Below are positions 50,838-61,287 of a stretch of 64,000 nucleotides of DNA, piece after piece. Position numbers and translations under genes: made by a program. The stretch comes from an uncultured Verrucomicrobiae bacterium (GTDB lineage: Bacteria > Verrucomicrobiota > Verrucomicrobiia > Palsa-1439), in assembly GCA_963812605.1 (NCBI GenBank), contig CAWEWF010000005.1:224001-288000 (forward strand), in the 5' to 3' direction. The notes below the pieces were generated by a model that was not told where the DNA came from, searched no databases, and worked only from the letters and a program-made list of their open reading frames with translations. Numbering within the stretch: position 1 is the stretch's first letter; each line of letters opens with the position of its first letter.

Positions 50838-51164
50838 TTACCTCGTTGTTGGGCTGCTGGCGACCTGGCCGGCCAGTTCTTCCTGCAAACTGACAGCGCC
50901 TTCGAAGAGCTCGGTGAACCCGCCGATGGCGGCGGCGATCTGCGGCGACTTCTCGAGACAGAGCTGGCTGAGCTTGGCGCATTGGGCCGGGTTGCGCTGG
51001 GTCAATTCGGCCATCGCCATGATGACGGCGACATTGTTATTGATCGCATGGCGGACGGTGCGCAGGTTTTGATACAGCGCTTCCATCTGCTTATGCAATT
51101 GTTCCAGTTGCTTGTCGCTGTGCTTCACGACGCCCTGGTCAAATTCTGTTGCGGTCGTTTCCAT
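50838..51164 (-). CDS. Stand-alone HisKA/DHp-like helical protein
   Basis: LRTVRHAINNNVAVIMAMAEL resembles the H-box HEINNPL. No ATPase domain. GGAAAAGG RBS-like stretch upstream. Confidence 0.6.
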   Translation of the reverse strand: METTATEFDQGVVKHSDKQLEQLHKQMEALYQNLRTVRHAINNNVAVIMAMAELTQRNPAQCAKLSQLCLEKSPQIAAAIGGFTELFEGAVSLQEELAGQVASSPTTR

Positions 51165-51230
51165 TTATTCCCTTTTCCCCTGATTTCATTGTTTGCTGCG
51201 TGTGGCGCGAGCCACGACAGCGCACTATTA

Positions 51231-51246
51231 AGCAGGTGATATGCCA
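51231..51246 (-). promoter_or_regulatory. Sigma54 (-24/-12) promoter
   Basis: Minus strand TGGCATATCACCTGCT has exact GG-N10-GC spacing, about 67 nt upstream of the DHp gene. Confidence 0.6.
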
Positions 51247-51333
51247 CGCATTCCCGCGGAATTCCCTAGTTTATGCCAAAACCGCTGTTATAATGGGAAC
51301 TTTCGGAATATTCGGAATTTGGCGGTTTTAGCC

Positions 51334-54210
51334 ATGTCCAAAGACTCTATCATTATAGCTGGCGCGCGCGAGCACAACCTGAAGAACATACACCTGACTC
51401 TCCCCCGTGAGAAGCTAATCGTTGTCACAGGGTTGAGTGGCTCGGGCAAGTCCAGTCTCGCTTTTGACACGATTTACGCCGAGGGGCAGCGCAAGTACGT
51501 GGAAAGCCTCTCGGCCTACGCTCGCAATTTTCTCGAGCAACTGCAGAAGCCGGACGTCGATTACATCGAAGGCCTCTCGCCCGCCATCGCGATCGAGCAG
51601 CACTTTGGCGGCAACAACCCGCGCTCGACCATCGCTACCACCACCGAGATTTACGAGTATTTGCGCCTGCTCTTTGCGAATATCGGCAAGCCGCATTGCT
51701 ACCGGTGCGGGCGTCCGATCACGACGCAGACCACGAGCCAAATCGTCGAACAGATTCTCAATTTAGGCGAAGGGTCGCAACTTATGCTGCTGGCGCCGCT
51801 CGTGCGCAGTCGCAAAGGTGAGTTTCGCGATGTGTTCGCCCGCATCAAACGCGAGGGGTTCGTGCGCGCCCGAGTCGATGGCGAAATCCTCGACATCACG
51901 GAAGGCGTCAAACTCGACAAACGGCGCAATCATAGTATCGAATTGGTCGTGGACCGGCTGATCACCTCCGTGAAAACGCGGACGCGGCTGGCGGATTCCG
52001 TCGAGACCACACTGAAATGGGGGACGGGCTTGTTGCAGGTGCTCTACCGCACGCCGACGACGCCCGTGACCGTGCCGTGGTCCGAGCGCCTCTTTAGCAG
52101 CCAGAACGCCTGTCCGGAATGCGGCATCAGCTACGGCGAGTTCACGCCGCGGCATTTTTCGTTCAATTCGCCCGATGGCGCGTGCAAAACCTGCCACGGC
52201 CTCGGCACCAAGCTTTTTTTCGATCCCGACCTGATCGTTCCCGACCGCACCAAATCGGTCGCGAATGGCGCCATCGCGGCGTGGCGGCGCGGCGGGCGGC
52301 GGTTGATGATTTATTACAAGATGCTGCTGCGCGGCCTTTCCAAGCACTACAACATCGATCTGGAACTGCCGTTCAAGGATTTGCCGGAGAAGGTGCAGAA
52401 GGAATTGTTGCACGGCTCGGGCGACGTGGAAATTGAATTTACCCATTGGCGCAAGGGCGCGTGGCGCAAGATGACCAAGGTCTTCGAAGGCATCATCCCG
52501 AACCTCGAACGGCTCTACGAGGAGACGGACAGCGAGTTCACGAAAGTGCGCCTGCAGCATTTCATGGTCGCGATGCAGTGTCCCGACTGCAAGGGGGCCC
52601 GCTTGCGGCCTGAAAGTCTGGCGGTCACGGTCGGTGACAAATCGATCATCGACTTCACGCGGCTGAGCATCAAGGACGCGCTCAATTTCCTGGCGTCCCT
52701 GATGTTGACGGAATTTGAAGAGCAAGTGGCGGGTGAGATCATCAAGGAAGTGCGTTCGCGGTTGACGTTCCTCAAGAACGTCGGCCTGGCGTACCTCACG
52801 CTCGACCGCCAGAGCGACACGCTTTCGGGCGGCGAAGCGCAACGGATCCGGTTGGCGACGCAAGTGGGCGCGGGCCTGGTCGGCGTGCTGTACGTGCTCG
52901 ACGAACCCAGCATCGGGTTGCACCAGCGCGACAATCATCGCCTGCTCGATACGTTGAAGGGGTTGCGTGATCTTGGCAATACCGTGATTGTTGTTGAGCA
53001 CGACGAGGATACGATTCGCGCGGCGGACTACATCGTCGATCTCGGTCCCGGCGCGGGATTGCACGGCGGCTATCTGGTCGCGGCGGGCCCAATCCAGACG
53101 ATTCTCGACAGCCCGAAATCGCTGACGGGCCGTTACCTGCGCGGTGAATTGCAGATTCCGATACCGAAAACGCGGCACGCCCCGAAAAAAGGCTGGCTCA
53201 TTGTGAAGGGGGCGAATGAAAACAATCTCAAGAAAATCGATGTACGATTCCCGCTGGGTTTGCTCACGTGCGTGACAGGCGTGAGCGGATCCGGCAAGAG
53301 CACGCTGGTGGACGATATCCTGCGCAAGGCGTTGTTCCGAAAATTCTATCGGGCGAAGGACCGGCCCGGCACGCACGAGGCGATCTTGGGTTTGGAAGAA
53401 CTCGACAAGGTGATCGTCATCGACCAATCGCCAATCGGTCGCACGCCACGATCGAATCCCGCGACGTACACGGGCTCGTTCAACCATATCCGCACGCTGT
53501 TTGCGCAGTTGCCGAATGCGAAGGTGCGTGGGTATGGTCCTGGTCGGTTCAGCTTCAATGTCAAAGGCGGGCGCTGCGAGGCGTGCCAGGGGGATGGGAT
53601 CATCAAGATTGAAATGCATTTTCTGCCGGACGTGTACGTTACCTGCGAACAGTGCGGCGGCAAACGTTACAGCCGCGAAACCCTGGAGATCACCTACAAA
53701 GGACGCAACATCGCCGATGTTCTCGATATGACCGTGGACGAGGCCGAGGTCTTCTTTCGCCCGGTGCCGAAGATCCGCGACATTCTCCAGACGCTGCAGG
53801 AGGTCGGGCTCGGTTATCTCAAAATTGGCCAGCAGGCGACAACGCTGAGCGGCGGCGAAGCCCAACGCGTCAAGCTTTCTACGGAATTGGCCAAGCGAGC
53901 CACGGGGCGGACGCTGTATATCCTGGATGAACCGACCACCGGCCTGCATTTTGCCGATATCGCCAAACTGTTGGAAGTGCTCAACAAACTGCGCGACACC
54001 GGCAACACCGTGTTGGTCATCGAGCACAACCTCAACGTCATCAAGTCCGCCGATTGGGTCATCGACCTCGGCCCCGAAGGCGGGGATGCCGGTGGCCGCA
54101 TCATCGCCGAAGGCCCGCCCGAAGAGGTTGCCGAGAATAAAAAGTCCTACACTGGGCAGTTCCTGAAGCACATGTTGGCGCGGGAAACTGCCGGCTTAAG
54201 TTCGGTTTAG
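51334..54210 (+). CDS. uvrA: Excinuclease ABC subunit A
   Basis: [18 protein letters not shown], zinc-finger CXXC pairs, two LSGGEAQR signatures and DEPTTGLH. Confidence 0.98.
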   Translation: MSKDSIIIAGAREHNLKNIHLTLPREKLIVVTGLSGSGKSSLAFDTIYAEGQRKYVESLSAYARNFLEQLQKPDVDYIEGLSPAIAIEQHFGGNNPRSTIATTTEIYEYLRLLFANIGKPHCYRCGRPITTQTTSQIVEQILNLGEGSQLMLLAPLVRSRKGEFRDVFARIKREGFVRARVDGEILDITEGVKLDKRRNHSIELVVDRLITSVKTRTRLADSVETTLKWGTGLLQVLYRTPTTPVTVPWSERLFSSQNACPECGISYGEFTPRHFSFNSPDGACKTCHGLGTKLFFDPDLIVPDRTKSVANGAIAAWRRGGRRLMIYYKMLLRGLSKHYNIDLELPFKDLPEKVQKELLHGSGDVEIEFTHWRKGAWRKMTKVFEGIIPNLERLYEETDSEFTKVRLQHFMVAMQCPDCKGARLRPESLAVTVGDKSIIDFTRLSIKDALNFLASLMLTEFEEQVAGEIIKEVRSRLTFLKNVGLAYLTLDRQSDTLSGGEAQRIRLATQVGAGLVGVLYVLDEPSIGLHQRDNHRLLDTLKGLRDLGNTVIVVEHDEDTIRAADYIVDLGPGAGLHGGYLVAAGPIQTILDSPKSLTGRYLRGELQIPIPKTRHAPKKGWLIVKGANENNLKKIDVRFPLGLLTCVTGVSGSGKSTLVDDILRKALFRKFYRAKDRPGTHEAILGLEELDKVIVIDQSPIGRTPRSNPATYTGSFNHIRTLFAQLPNAKVRGYGPGRFSFNVKGGRCEACQGDGIIKIEMHFLPDVYVTCEQCGGKRYSRETLEITYKGRNIADVLDMTVDEAEVFFRPVPKIRDILQTLQEVGLGYLKIGQQATTLSGGEAQRVKLSTELAKRATGRTLYILDEPTTGLHFADIAKLLEVLNKLRDTGNTVLVIEHNLNVIKSADWVIDLGPEGGDAGGRIIAEGPPEEVAENKKSYTGQFLKHMLARETAGLSSV

Positions 54211-54765
54211 GTGAATATCCTTTATCCCAAAATTGCCCTGCGGGCTTTACCCGTGATGTTTGGCGTCGCGGTTATGGGAGCCTTGATTGCGGGAGCGTAC
54301 GGCATTTTGCATGACCAGATTACTTATACCATTTCGCCGGAATATTTTACCAAATTGAAATTTGAGCAGTTTCATTACGCCAATTTCGGTTTCCCAAGAA
54401 GGGTCTTTGTTGGAGAGGTCGGTTTCCTGGCCACATGGTGGGTGGGCTTCGTTGCCGCCTGGTTTCTGGCTCGGCTTTCTGTTCCCACGTGGCCAATCAG
54501 AAAGGCGCTTCAATATACTCTCGCTGGATTCGGCATCATTTTTGCGAGTGCAATGCTCGCAGGGGTTATAGGAGGCGTGTTGGGGTATTACCGCCGTTCC
54601 AATTCTGACTTTAGCGGCTGGCAGGATTACGCGGTCATGAACGGAGTGCGCGACCTGCCCGCCTTTGTCAACGTTGCCTACATTCACAATGCCGGTTATC
54701 TTGGTGCGCTTGCGGGCCTGATTGCGGCCCTCGGCTACCTCAAACGGAAAAAGGGCCACGCGTGA
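54211..54765 (+). CDS. Hypothetical membrane protein
   Basis: YGILHDQITYTISPEYFTKLKF..FLATWWVG..YIHNAGYLG; four TM segments. Confidence 0.7.
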   Translation: MNILYPKIALRALPVMFGVAVMGALIAGAYGILHDQITYTISPEYFTKLKFEQFHYANFGFPRRVFVGEVGFLATWWVGFVAAWFLARLSVPTWPIRKALQYTLAGFGIIFASAMLAGVIGGVLGYYRRSNSDFSGWQDYAVMNGVRDLPAFVNVAYIHNAGYLGALAGLIAALGYLKRKKGHA

Positions 54766-54874
54766 TCGAAGTGATGATAATGAATGATGGTAAGGCACTT
54801 TTGAGGCGTGATAATTGGTCTTCAGCGTTGTCGAATCCTAGTGCGGGTATAGAAAAGCCAAAGGAGATATTCGT

Positions 54875-55330
54875 ATGAGATCATCGATTGGGAAGGCTGC
54901 CGGGCTGTTGCTGCTTGGCGGGGGCATTGGCCTGGGTTTATGGAATACATCTCGACCGGCTACGGCCTACAGCGACGCTACGCCCCCTTCGCAACTCATC
55001 GGAAGCAAACTGATTGGGGTTTGGATTTTTGTCGGTGAGCCTGACAACGTGAACGAGGCACCTGTGGCTGGCGGTCGCCTAAAGTTTTTTACTGGCAAAC
55101 ATTGGTGCATCACCCAGGCCAACCCAACCAGCGGTCTTACGATTTATCATCACGGGGGCACCTACACGCTCAAGGGCGACCAGTATGCGGAGACGGTGGA
55201 ATACGCCAATGAAAATACAAAGTCCCTCATCAAAAAGACCCACCACTTCACAATCAAGATCCAGGGCGACACTTTCACACAGATCGGCACTGACAATTCC
55301 TGGTCGGAGGTCTGGAAGCGTGTCGAGTAA
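54875..55330 (+). CDS. Exported lipocalin-like / DUF4488-type protein
   Basis: KLIGVW..GGTYTLKGDQYAETVEY..EVWKRVE. AAGGAG RBS. Confidence 0.6.
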   Translation: MRSSIGKAAGLLLLGGGIGLGLWNTSRPATAYSDATPPSQLIGSKLIGVWIFVGEPDNVNEAPVAGGRLKFFTGKHWCITQANPTSGLTIYHHGGTYTLKGDQYAETVEYANENTKSLIKKTHHFTIKIQGDTFTQIGTDNSWSEVWKRVE

Positions 55331-55482
55331 TGTTTCAATGGCTCGGCGACTATCCTTTGCGACGGATGGACAACCGTCCCTCACCCAAATTCGCTGGATA
55401 CCGTGGTCGAGTTTTCCGGCTGCCGACATCAAATCTTGCCGCGCGGTGAACAATCTGCCAATAATTGCGTCTGATGGGGTGG

Positions 55483-57996
55483 ATGAAAAAACTGCGGCTC
55501 ATAGCGGCATTGCTGTTTATCGGCAGCGCGGTCGGCCGTGTGACGGCGGCGACGCCGGATGAGAGCCGGCTTTACCGGGTCGCCGAGGCGGCATTCAAAG
55601 ATGGCTTGAACGATCTTGCCGAGCGGCAGTTTGCGGAGTACCTGAAACAATTCCCGGACTCGGAGCGGGCGGATGAGGTCGTGCTCGACCTGGCGCAGGC
55701 GCAGTTGAACCAGGGGAAATGGACGGATGCGGAAAAGACGCTGCAGGACGCGCTGGTAAAATGGCCGACCGAAAAGCGACCGGATAGTTTTCGGTTCTGG
55801 CTCGCCGAAGCGCTCGTGCACGGTGAGCGCTACAGCGAGGCGGAGCAGCGCTACGCGGAAGTCATCGAGAAATATCCGCACAGCGCGTACCGACCGCAGG
55901 CATTATATGGGCTCGGGTTCGCGCGGTTCAAACTGGGCCGGTTCGGCGGCGCGATGGAGGCGCTGGATCAACTCGACAAGCTCGGACCGAAGGAGGATTT
56001 GGGGCAAGAGGCGGAACTGCTGCGCGGCCAGACGCTCCTGGCCCTCCAGAAATTCGAGCAAGCCGACATCGTCCTGGGCGGCGTCATCACCAAGTATCCC
56101 AATACCCGCGCGGCGTTTCGCGCCAGTGTCTGGTTGGGCGAGTCGCTCATGCAAAGCGGCAAGTTCGACGAGGCGTTGAAGCGTTACGGGGCGGTCATCA
56201 GCGCCTACCAATCCAGTCCGAACAAACCCGTCACCGGCCAATTGGCCGCGGAAGCCTGGCGCGGCGAGGGCTGGGTTTATTGGCGGCAGGAAAAATTCGA
56301 TAATGCCGCGGAGGCCTTCGCCCAGGCGCTCGCGCTGGCGCAGGACCCTCCCGTAAAGCGCGAGGCGATGCTCAAGCTGGGCGAAGCCTATGTGCGCAGC
56401 GGCAAGCTGGCCGACGGAGTGGGGAAGTTGAAGGCGTATCTACAGTCGACCCCCAGTGACCCGCTCGCCGACGAGATCCAGATGACGATCGGCGACCTGT
56501 TGTTTGGCAGCAAGGATTTCACCAATGCGCTGCCCGAGTACGTGAACCTGATCGAAAAGTATCCGCAGAGCGCGCTGCTGGCCAAAGCGAACTTCAGCGC
56601 GGGCTGGTGCGACTGGAACCTCGGCAAGATCGCCGATGCGCTCCCGTATTTTCGCCAGGCCGCGACCCTTGCCAAGGATCCCATGTTGGCGGCGGAGGCG
56701 CTTTTCAAGGTCGGCGACGCCGAGTTCGCGCTCGGCCAGTTCGTGGACGCGATCAATGACTATCAGCGGCTCATCAGCACGTATCCCGACACGAAGCTGA
56801 TTGACCGCGCCATGTTCCAACTCGGCCAGGCGTACCAGCGCACGCACAACGCGGAAGGGGCGGTCCATGTGTTCGAGGCGCTGGTTCAGCAATATCCCCA
56901 GAGCGAACACGCGGCGGAAGCGCAGTTCAACATCGGCGTCATCGTGGGCGGAACGGGGAAGGAAGCGGATGCGCGCACGGCGTACGCAGCGGTGGAAAAA
57001 AAATACCCGCAGAGCGAATGGGCCACGAAAGCCAACCTGGCCATCGGCGAATCGTTCCAGCACGAGGGCAAATACGACGAAGCGGCGGCGGAGTTCGAGA
57101 AACTGATGGCGGAGTCCCCCAATACAGAGCTCGGCCAGCGCGCGTTCTACAATCGCGGTTGGTGTTACGCGCAGAAAGGGCAGTCGGATAAGACGCTCGC
57201 GGACTTTGACGAGTTCCTCAAAAAGTTTCCCGAGTCGGTGCTCGCGCCTGATGTGCAGTTTTGGATTGCCGATTACTACCTGAAGAAGAAGGATTACATC
57301 AAGGCCCAGGAACAGTTTCAATTGCTCGTGAAGAATTACGCGACCAGCAACTGGGCGGATACGGCGCAGTACTGGGCGGCGCGCGCGGCATACCTGCGAC
57401 AGGACTACAAACCCGCCATCGAGCTTTACGAGGCGGTGTTGAAAAATTTTCCCGACTCGGGATGGCGTTGCGATGCGCGTTTTGGGGAAGGGGACGCGTT
57501 AAGCGAACTCAACCAGTTTGGGGATGCGCTGCTCGTGTTCGATTCGTTCACGAAGGATTTTCCCGATTGTTACCTGGCAGCCGAAGCGATCGGGCGCAAG
57601 GGCGACATGCAATTCACCCTGGGTCGGTTTGACGAAGCCATCGCTAGTTACCGCAAGGCGTTGGATTCCGCGCGGGAAGGGGACCCCACGTTGCGCGATC
57701 AGCTTTATTACGGGATTGGTCTCTCGTATGAAAAAGCGAACAAGCTCGACGAAGCATTCGAGTGGTACAGCAAGGGGGTGCTCGAGCAGTCCGCCGTTCC
57801 GGATCCCAACGCCCCCCCCGAACGCTTCTGGATGTGCAAGGCGGGCTTCGCCGCCGGTACGATCAAGGAGCGGCGTCAGCAGTGGCGCGAGGCGATCATC
57901 CTTTACCAGAAACTGGCGGACCTGTGTCCCGATATGAAAACATTGCTCGAAGAAAAAATTCGCAAACTGCGCGTGGAGCACCTGATTCTATACTGA
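55483..57996 (+). CDS. Large periplasmic TPR protein (CpoB/BamD-like repeats)
   Basis: Signal peptide followed by many A.F..G...Y/F..LI..YP.S repeats. Confidence 0.85.
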   Translation: MKKLRLIAALLFIGSAVGRVTAATPDESRLYRVAEAAFKDGLNDLAERQFAEYLKQFPDSERADEVVLDLAQAQLNQGKWTDAEKTLQDALVKWPTEKRPDSFRFWLAEALVHGERYSEAEQRYAEVIEKYPHSAYRPQALYGLGFARFKLGRFGGAMEALDQLDKLGPKEDLGQEAELLRGQTLLALQKFEQADIVLGGVITKYPNTRAAFRASVWLGESLMQSGKFDEALKRYGAVISAYQSSPNKPVTGQLAAEAWRGEGWVYWRQEKFDNAAEAFAQALALAQDPPVKREAMLKLGEAYVRSGKLADGVGKLKAYLQSTPSDPLADEIQMTIGDLLFGSKDFTNALPEYVNLIEKYPQSALLAKANFSAGWCDWNLGKIADALPYFRQAATLAKDPMLAAEALFKVGDAEFALGQFVDAINDYQRLISTYPDTKLIDRAMFQLGQAYQRTHNAEGAVHVFEALVQQYPQSEHAAEAQFNIGVIVGGTGKEADARTAYAAVEKKYPQSEWATKANLAIGESFQHEGKYDEAAAEFEKLMAESPNTELGQRAFYNRGWCYAQKGQSDKTLADFDEFLKKFPESVLAPDVQFWIADYYLKKKDYIKAQEQFQLLVKNYATSNWADTAQYWAARAAYLRQDYKPAIELYEAVLKNFPDSGWRCDARFGEGDALSELNQFGDALLVFDSFTKDFPDCYLAAEAIGRKGDMQFTLGRFDEAIASYRKALDSAREGDPTLRDQLYYGIGLSYEKANKLDEAFEWYSKGVLEQSAVPDPNAPPERFWMCKAGFAAGTIKERRQQWREAIILYQKLADLCPDMKTLLEEKIRKLRVEHLILY

Positions 57997-58064
57997 GTAC
58001 GGAAAATGCTTGGTTTATCGTTGAAAAAGGGCCATATTACCAGGTAAGCAAGAGGAGGTAGCGC

Positions 58065-58709
58065 ATGCTCACACTCATGACAGAAGGCGGTCCGTTGATG
58101 TGGTTTATCCTCATCGCCGCCATCGTGGCTATCGTGGTATTTCTCGAACGCCTCTTCCATTATCACCGCGCCCAGATCCATACGAACGATTTTGTGAATG
58201 GCGTCCTCAATTCCCTCAAGCGCGGGAATATCAGCGAAGCCATCAGCACCTGCAAAGAAACCGCGGGTCCGGTCGCCCAGGTCGTCATGGCCGCGGTGGT
58301 CAATCACGATCGCTCCCGCGAAGAGATCCGCGAGGCGGTCCAGGACACCGCGCGCACAGAGGTGACCCGGCTGGAGCACAACCTGCCAATTCTGGTCACC
58401 ATCGCGCAAATCACGCCGTTGCTTGGCTTTCTCGGGACAGTCTGGGGGATGATTCAGGTCTTCAAAGTTATCGAGAACACACAGGCTACCACGGCAGGGC
58501 AGCTGGCGGGTGGCGTGTGGCAGGCCCTGCTGACCACGGCGGGCGGGCTCGTCGTCGCGATTCCGAGTTATATCGCCTACAACTATCTCGTCAGCCGGGT
58601 TCAAAACTTGGTGTTGGACATGGAGAAGGCCGCCAATGAAACCGTACAATACCTCGCCCGGAAAGAAGAAGGCGGCGAACAGTCGAGCAAGGTGGTGGCG
58701 CTGCGATGA
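58065..58709 (+). CDS. exbB: MotA/TolQ/ExbB proton channel protein
   Basis: TPLLGFLGTVWGMI and ALLTTAGGLVVAIP. Confidence 0.9.
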   Translation: MLTLMTEGGPLMWFILIAAIVAIVVFLERLFHYHRAQIHTNDFVNGVLNSLKRGNISEAISTCKETAGPVAQVVMAAVVNHDRSREEIREAVQDTARTEVTRLEHNLPILVTIAQITPLLGFLGTVWGMIQVFKVIENTQATTAGQLAGGVWQALLTTAGGLVVAIPSYIAYNYLVSRVQNLVLDMEKAANETVQYLARKEEGGEQSSKVVALR

Positions 58710-59131
58710 CGTTCCGGACGCAATGCCAGATTTCGAAAGGGTTGGTGGACGCCGCGCCACTCGTAAATGTCGTGTTTCTGCTACTGCTTTTCTTTGTTCT
58801 CAATTCCTCGTTCGTCATGGTGCCGGGCGTAAAAGTGGATCTGTCCCCGTCGGCCATGGGGTTGACGGATATGTTCCCAACCCTGGTTGTCACCGCGGCG
58901 CGCGATGACTTGCTGTTCTTTAACGATCAACCCATCACGATGGACAAGCTGGAACAGACCCTTCGGGATGCGGTGCAACAGGGTCGCGGTCATGAATTGA
59001 TCATTAAGACCGACCAACAAGTTTCCCACGGTACGGTGATGCAGATCATGGGCGCCGCAACTCGGGCCGGCATCACGACAGTAAACATGGCGGCCCGGCC
59101 CGAGTCATCCGCGGCGGGCGCTCCCAACTGA
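58706..59131 (+). CDS. exbD: ExbD/TolR biopolymer transport protein
   Basis: APLVNVVFLLLLFFVL and IIKTDQQVSHGTVMQIM. Confidence 0.85.
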   Translation: MTFRTQCQISKGLVDAAPLVNVVFLLLLFFVLNSSFVMVPGVKVDLSPSAMGLTDMFPTLVVTAARDDLLFFNDQPITMDKLEQTLRDAVQQGRGHELIIKTDQQVSHGTVMQIMGAATRAGITTVNMAARPESSAAGAPN

Positions 59132-59137
59132 GTTCTC

Positions 59138-59956
59138 ATGAGGCGGGCCCCCAAGCTGTCCTTCGCCCAAGGGCAACTGCTGCTCTGGATTTTGGCCGGC
59201 TCCCTCGTGGCGTTCGGTGTGATGTTTGTGTTCCTTCGTGTTTCCGGTGTCTCGCTTACCACGGCCCCGCGTGAATCGACGCGTGTGCTGCTCATGCCCG
59301 CGGCAAAACAGAACCTATTCTCCTCCAGTGATCCGCGCTACGTTATTGCCGACATTTTTGATCCGAGCCTGATGACCTTGCCCAGCGAACACGGGTATTC
59401 CCGTGGGATATGGCGCCAGAAAATCGAGGTGAAGCAACGCGATCTTGGCTGGAACGAACAGCCGGCCTTTCTTGCCGTTCGAGTAACGGAAACGCCGCCT
59501 TCCCTATTGGAGCCGACCCCGGTAAATACGGCCGTGCTCTCCGCGGCGGAGAAAACGTCCGCGCTCTCGGAAGAGTCGAATGACAACGAAGTAGTCGAGC
59601 CGCCGATGCCGATCAACCAATCTGTCCTCCGTGTCCTGAGCGCGCTGGAAGACCGCGGTGTTGCCTACGCGCCGCCGTTGCCGATAATCAACAGCTCCGG
59701 ACCGATCCGCCCCACGCAAGTTCGAGTCGGGGTGAGTGCCGACGGGTTGGTCCTCTACGCGCTCCTCGATCGCTCCTGTGGTGACGAAGCCGTTGACGCG
59801 CAGGCATTGGCGTTGGCACGACAGATTCGTTTCGAGTCGGAACGCGATACTGGTTCAATTCCGCTGGCTTGGGGCGTCCTGCGGTTTTTATGGGCCGCAC
59901 AAGGAACCGCAGGGACGAATATGCAGAGCACCGCGGCGCAGCCGTCAAATGCCTGA
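59138..59956 (+). CDS. TonB-like membrane-anchored protein
   Basis: N-terminal TM and a TonB_C-like VGVSADGLV..RSCGDEAVDAQALALARQIRF; follows exbBD. Confidence 0.6.
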   Translation: MRRAPKLSFAQGQLLLWILAGSLVAFGVMFVFLRVSGVSLTTAPRESTRVLLMPAAKQNLFSSSDPRYVIADIFDPSLMTLPSEHGYSRGIWRQKIEVKQRDLGWNEQPAFLAVRVTETPPSLLEPTPVNTAVLSAAEKTSALSEESNDNEVVEPPMPINQSVLRVLSALEDRGVAYAPPLPIINSSGPIRPTQVRVGVSADGLVLYALLDRSCGDEAVDAQALALARQIRFESERDTGSIPLAWGVLRFLWAAQGTAGTNMQSTAAQPSNA

Positions 59957-60122
59957 GCCGCGGCCAGCTTTTTTCCAGCGTTTCAATAAACTTGGGGATT
60001 GTCTTGGCCCTTACCACTCGGTATGAATGGGGCAGCGAGTGAAGGCGGCCCCCAGTTTCATCGGGGGCATTCAACACAGAGTTAATTCAGGAGTCATTTG
60101 GAAACTACGGAGGTTTTCCGCC

Positions 60123-61282
60123 ATGGGCATGTGGATTGGTCGGAATCGTAAAGCCCGGGTCACATACGGATTCGATGATATTGCGCTGGTGCCGGGAGCT
60201 GTCACCATCAACCCCAACGAAGTCGACACGAGCTTTCAACTCGGCGCGCACAAGATTCGCGTGCCGATTCTGGCGAGCGCGATGGACGGGGTGGTGGATG
60301 TGCGTTTTGCCATCGAGATGGGCAAGCTCGGTGGCGTGGCCGTGCTCAACCTGGAAGGCGTGCAGACTCGCTACAAGAATCCGGAAGAGGTCCTCGACAA
60401 GATCGTCAATGCCAGCAAGGAAGAGGCGACGCATCTCCTGCAACGCATCTACACCGAGCCGATTCAGGAAGATCTGATTGCCGCGCGTGTGCGAGAGATC
60501 AAAGACGCCGGCGTACTGTGTGCGGTCAGTTCGATTCCCCAACGCGCCGAGCGTTTCGGCGCCATCGCGCAGGAAGCCGGCGCGGACATTTTTGTGGTGC
60601 AATCCACGGTCTCCACCGTGCGGCATCTTTCCAGCGAGTACAAGACCCTCGACCTCGCGGCCTTCTGCAAAATGCTGCGCATCCCCGTCGTCATTGGCAA
60701 TTGCGTGACCTACAGCGTGACCTGGAACTGATGCAATGCGGCATGGCGGCTGTGCTTATCGGCATTGGCCCGGGTTCCGCCTGCACGACCCGTGGCGTGC
60801 TCGGCCTCGGCGTGCCGCAGGTCACGGCGACCGTTGATTGCGCGGCGGCGCGGGATCAACACTTCAAACAAACGGGCCGATACGTGCCCATCATCACGGA
60901 TGGCGGGATGAGCAAGGGCGGCGACATTTGCAAGGCGTTTGCCTGCGGCGCTGATGCCGTGATGATCGGGAGCGCGTTCGCGCGCACCAAGGAGGCGCCA
61001 GGCCGGGGATTCCACTGGGGAATGGCCACGCCGCACGCCAACCTCCCGCGCGGGACGCGCATCCACGTCGGTGTGACGGGCACGCTTAAACAAATCCTCT
61101 TCGGACCGGCGGAACTCGACGACGGTTCGCAGAATCTCGTCGGTGCGCTGGCGACCTGCATGGGGAACGTCGGCGCGCGCACCGTGCGCGAATTTCAAGA
61201 GACAGAAATCATCATTGCGCCCGCGATTAAGACCGAGGGCAAGGTCTTTCAAACCGTGCAGGGCGTTGGGATGGGGAAGTAA
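60123..61282 (+). CDS. guaB: IMP dehydrogenase family protein, GuaB3 type (frameshift ~60722)
   Basis: [31 protein letters not shown] and WGMA, split over two ORFs. Confidence 0.88.
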
Positions 61283-61287
61283 CCCGC

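Noticed and set aside
51763-54171. 802-aa antisense ORF over uvrA, and similar long antisense ORFs over acs, the kinase and the GH2 genes
   Set aside because: These are shadow ORFs expected from high-GC codon bias and show no independent motifs.
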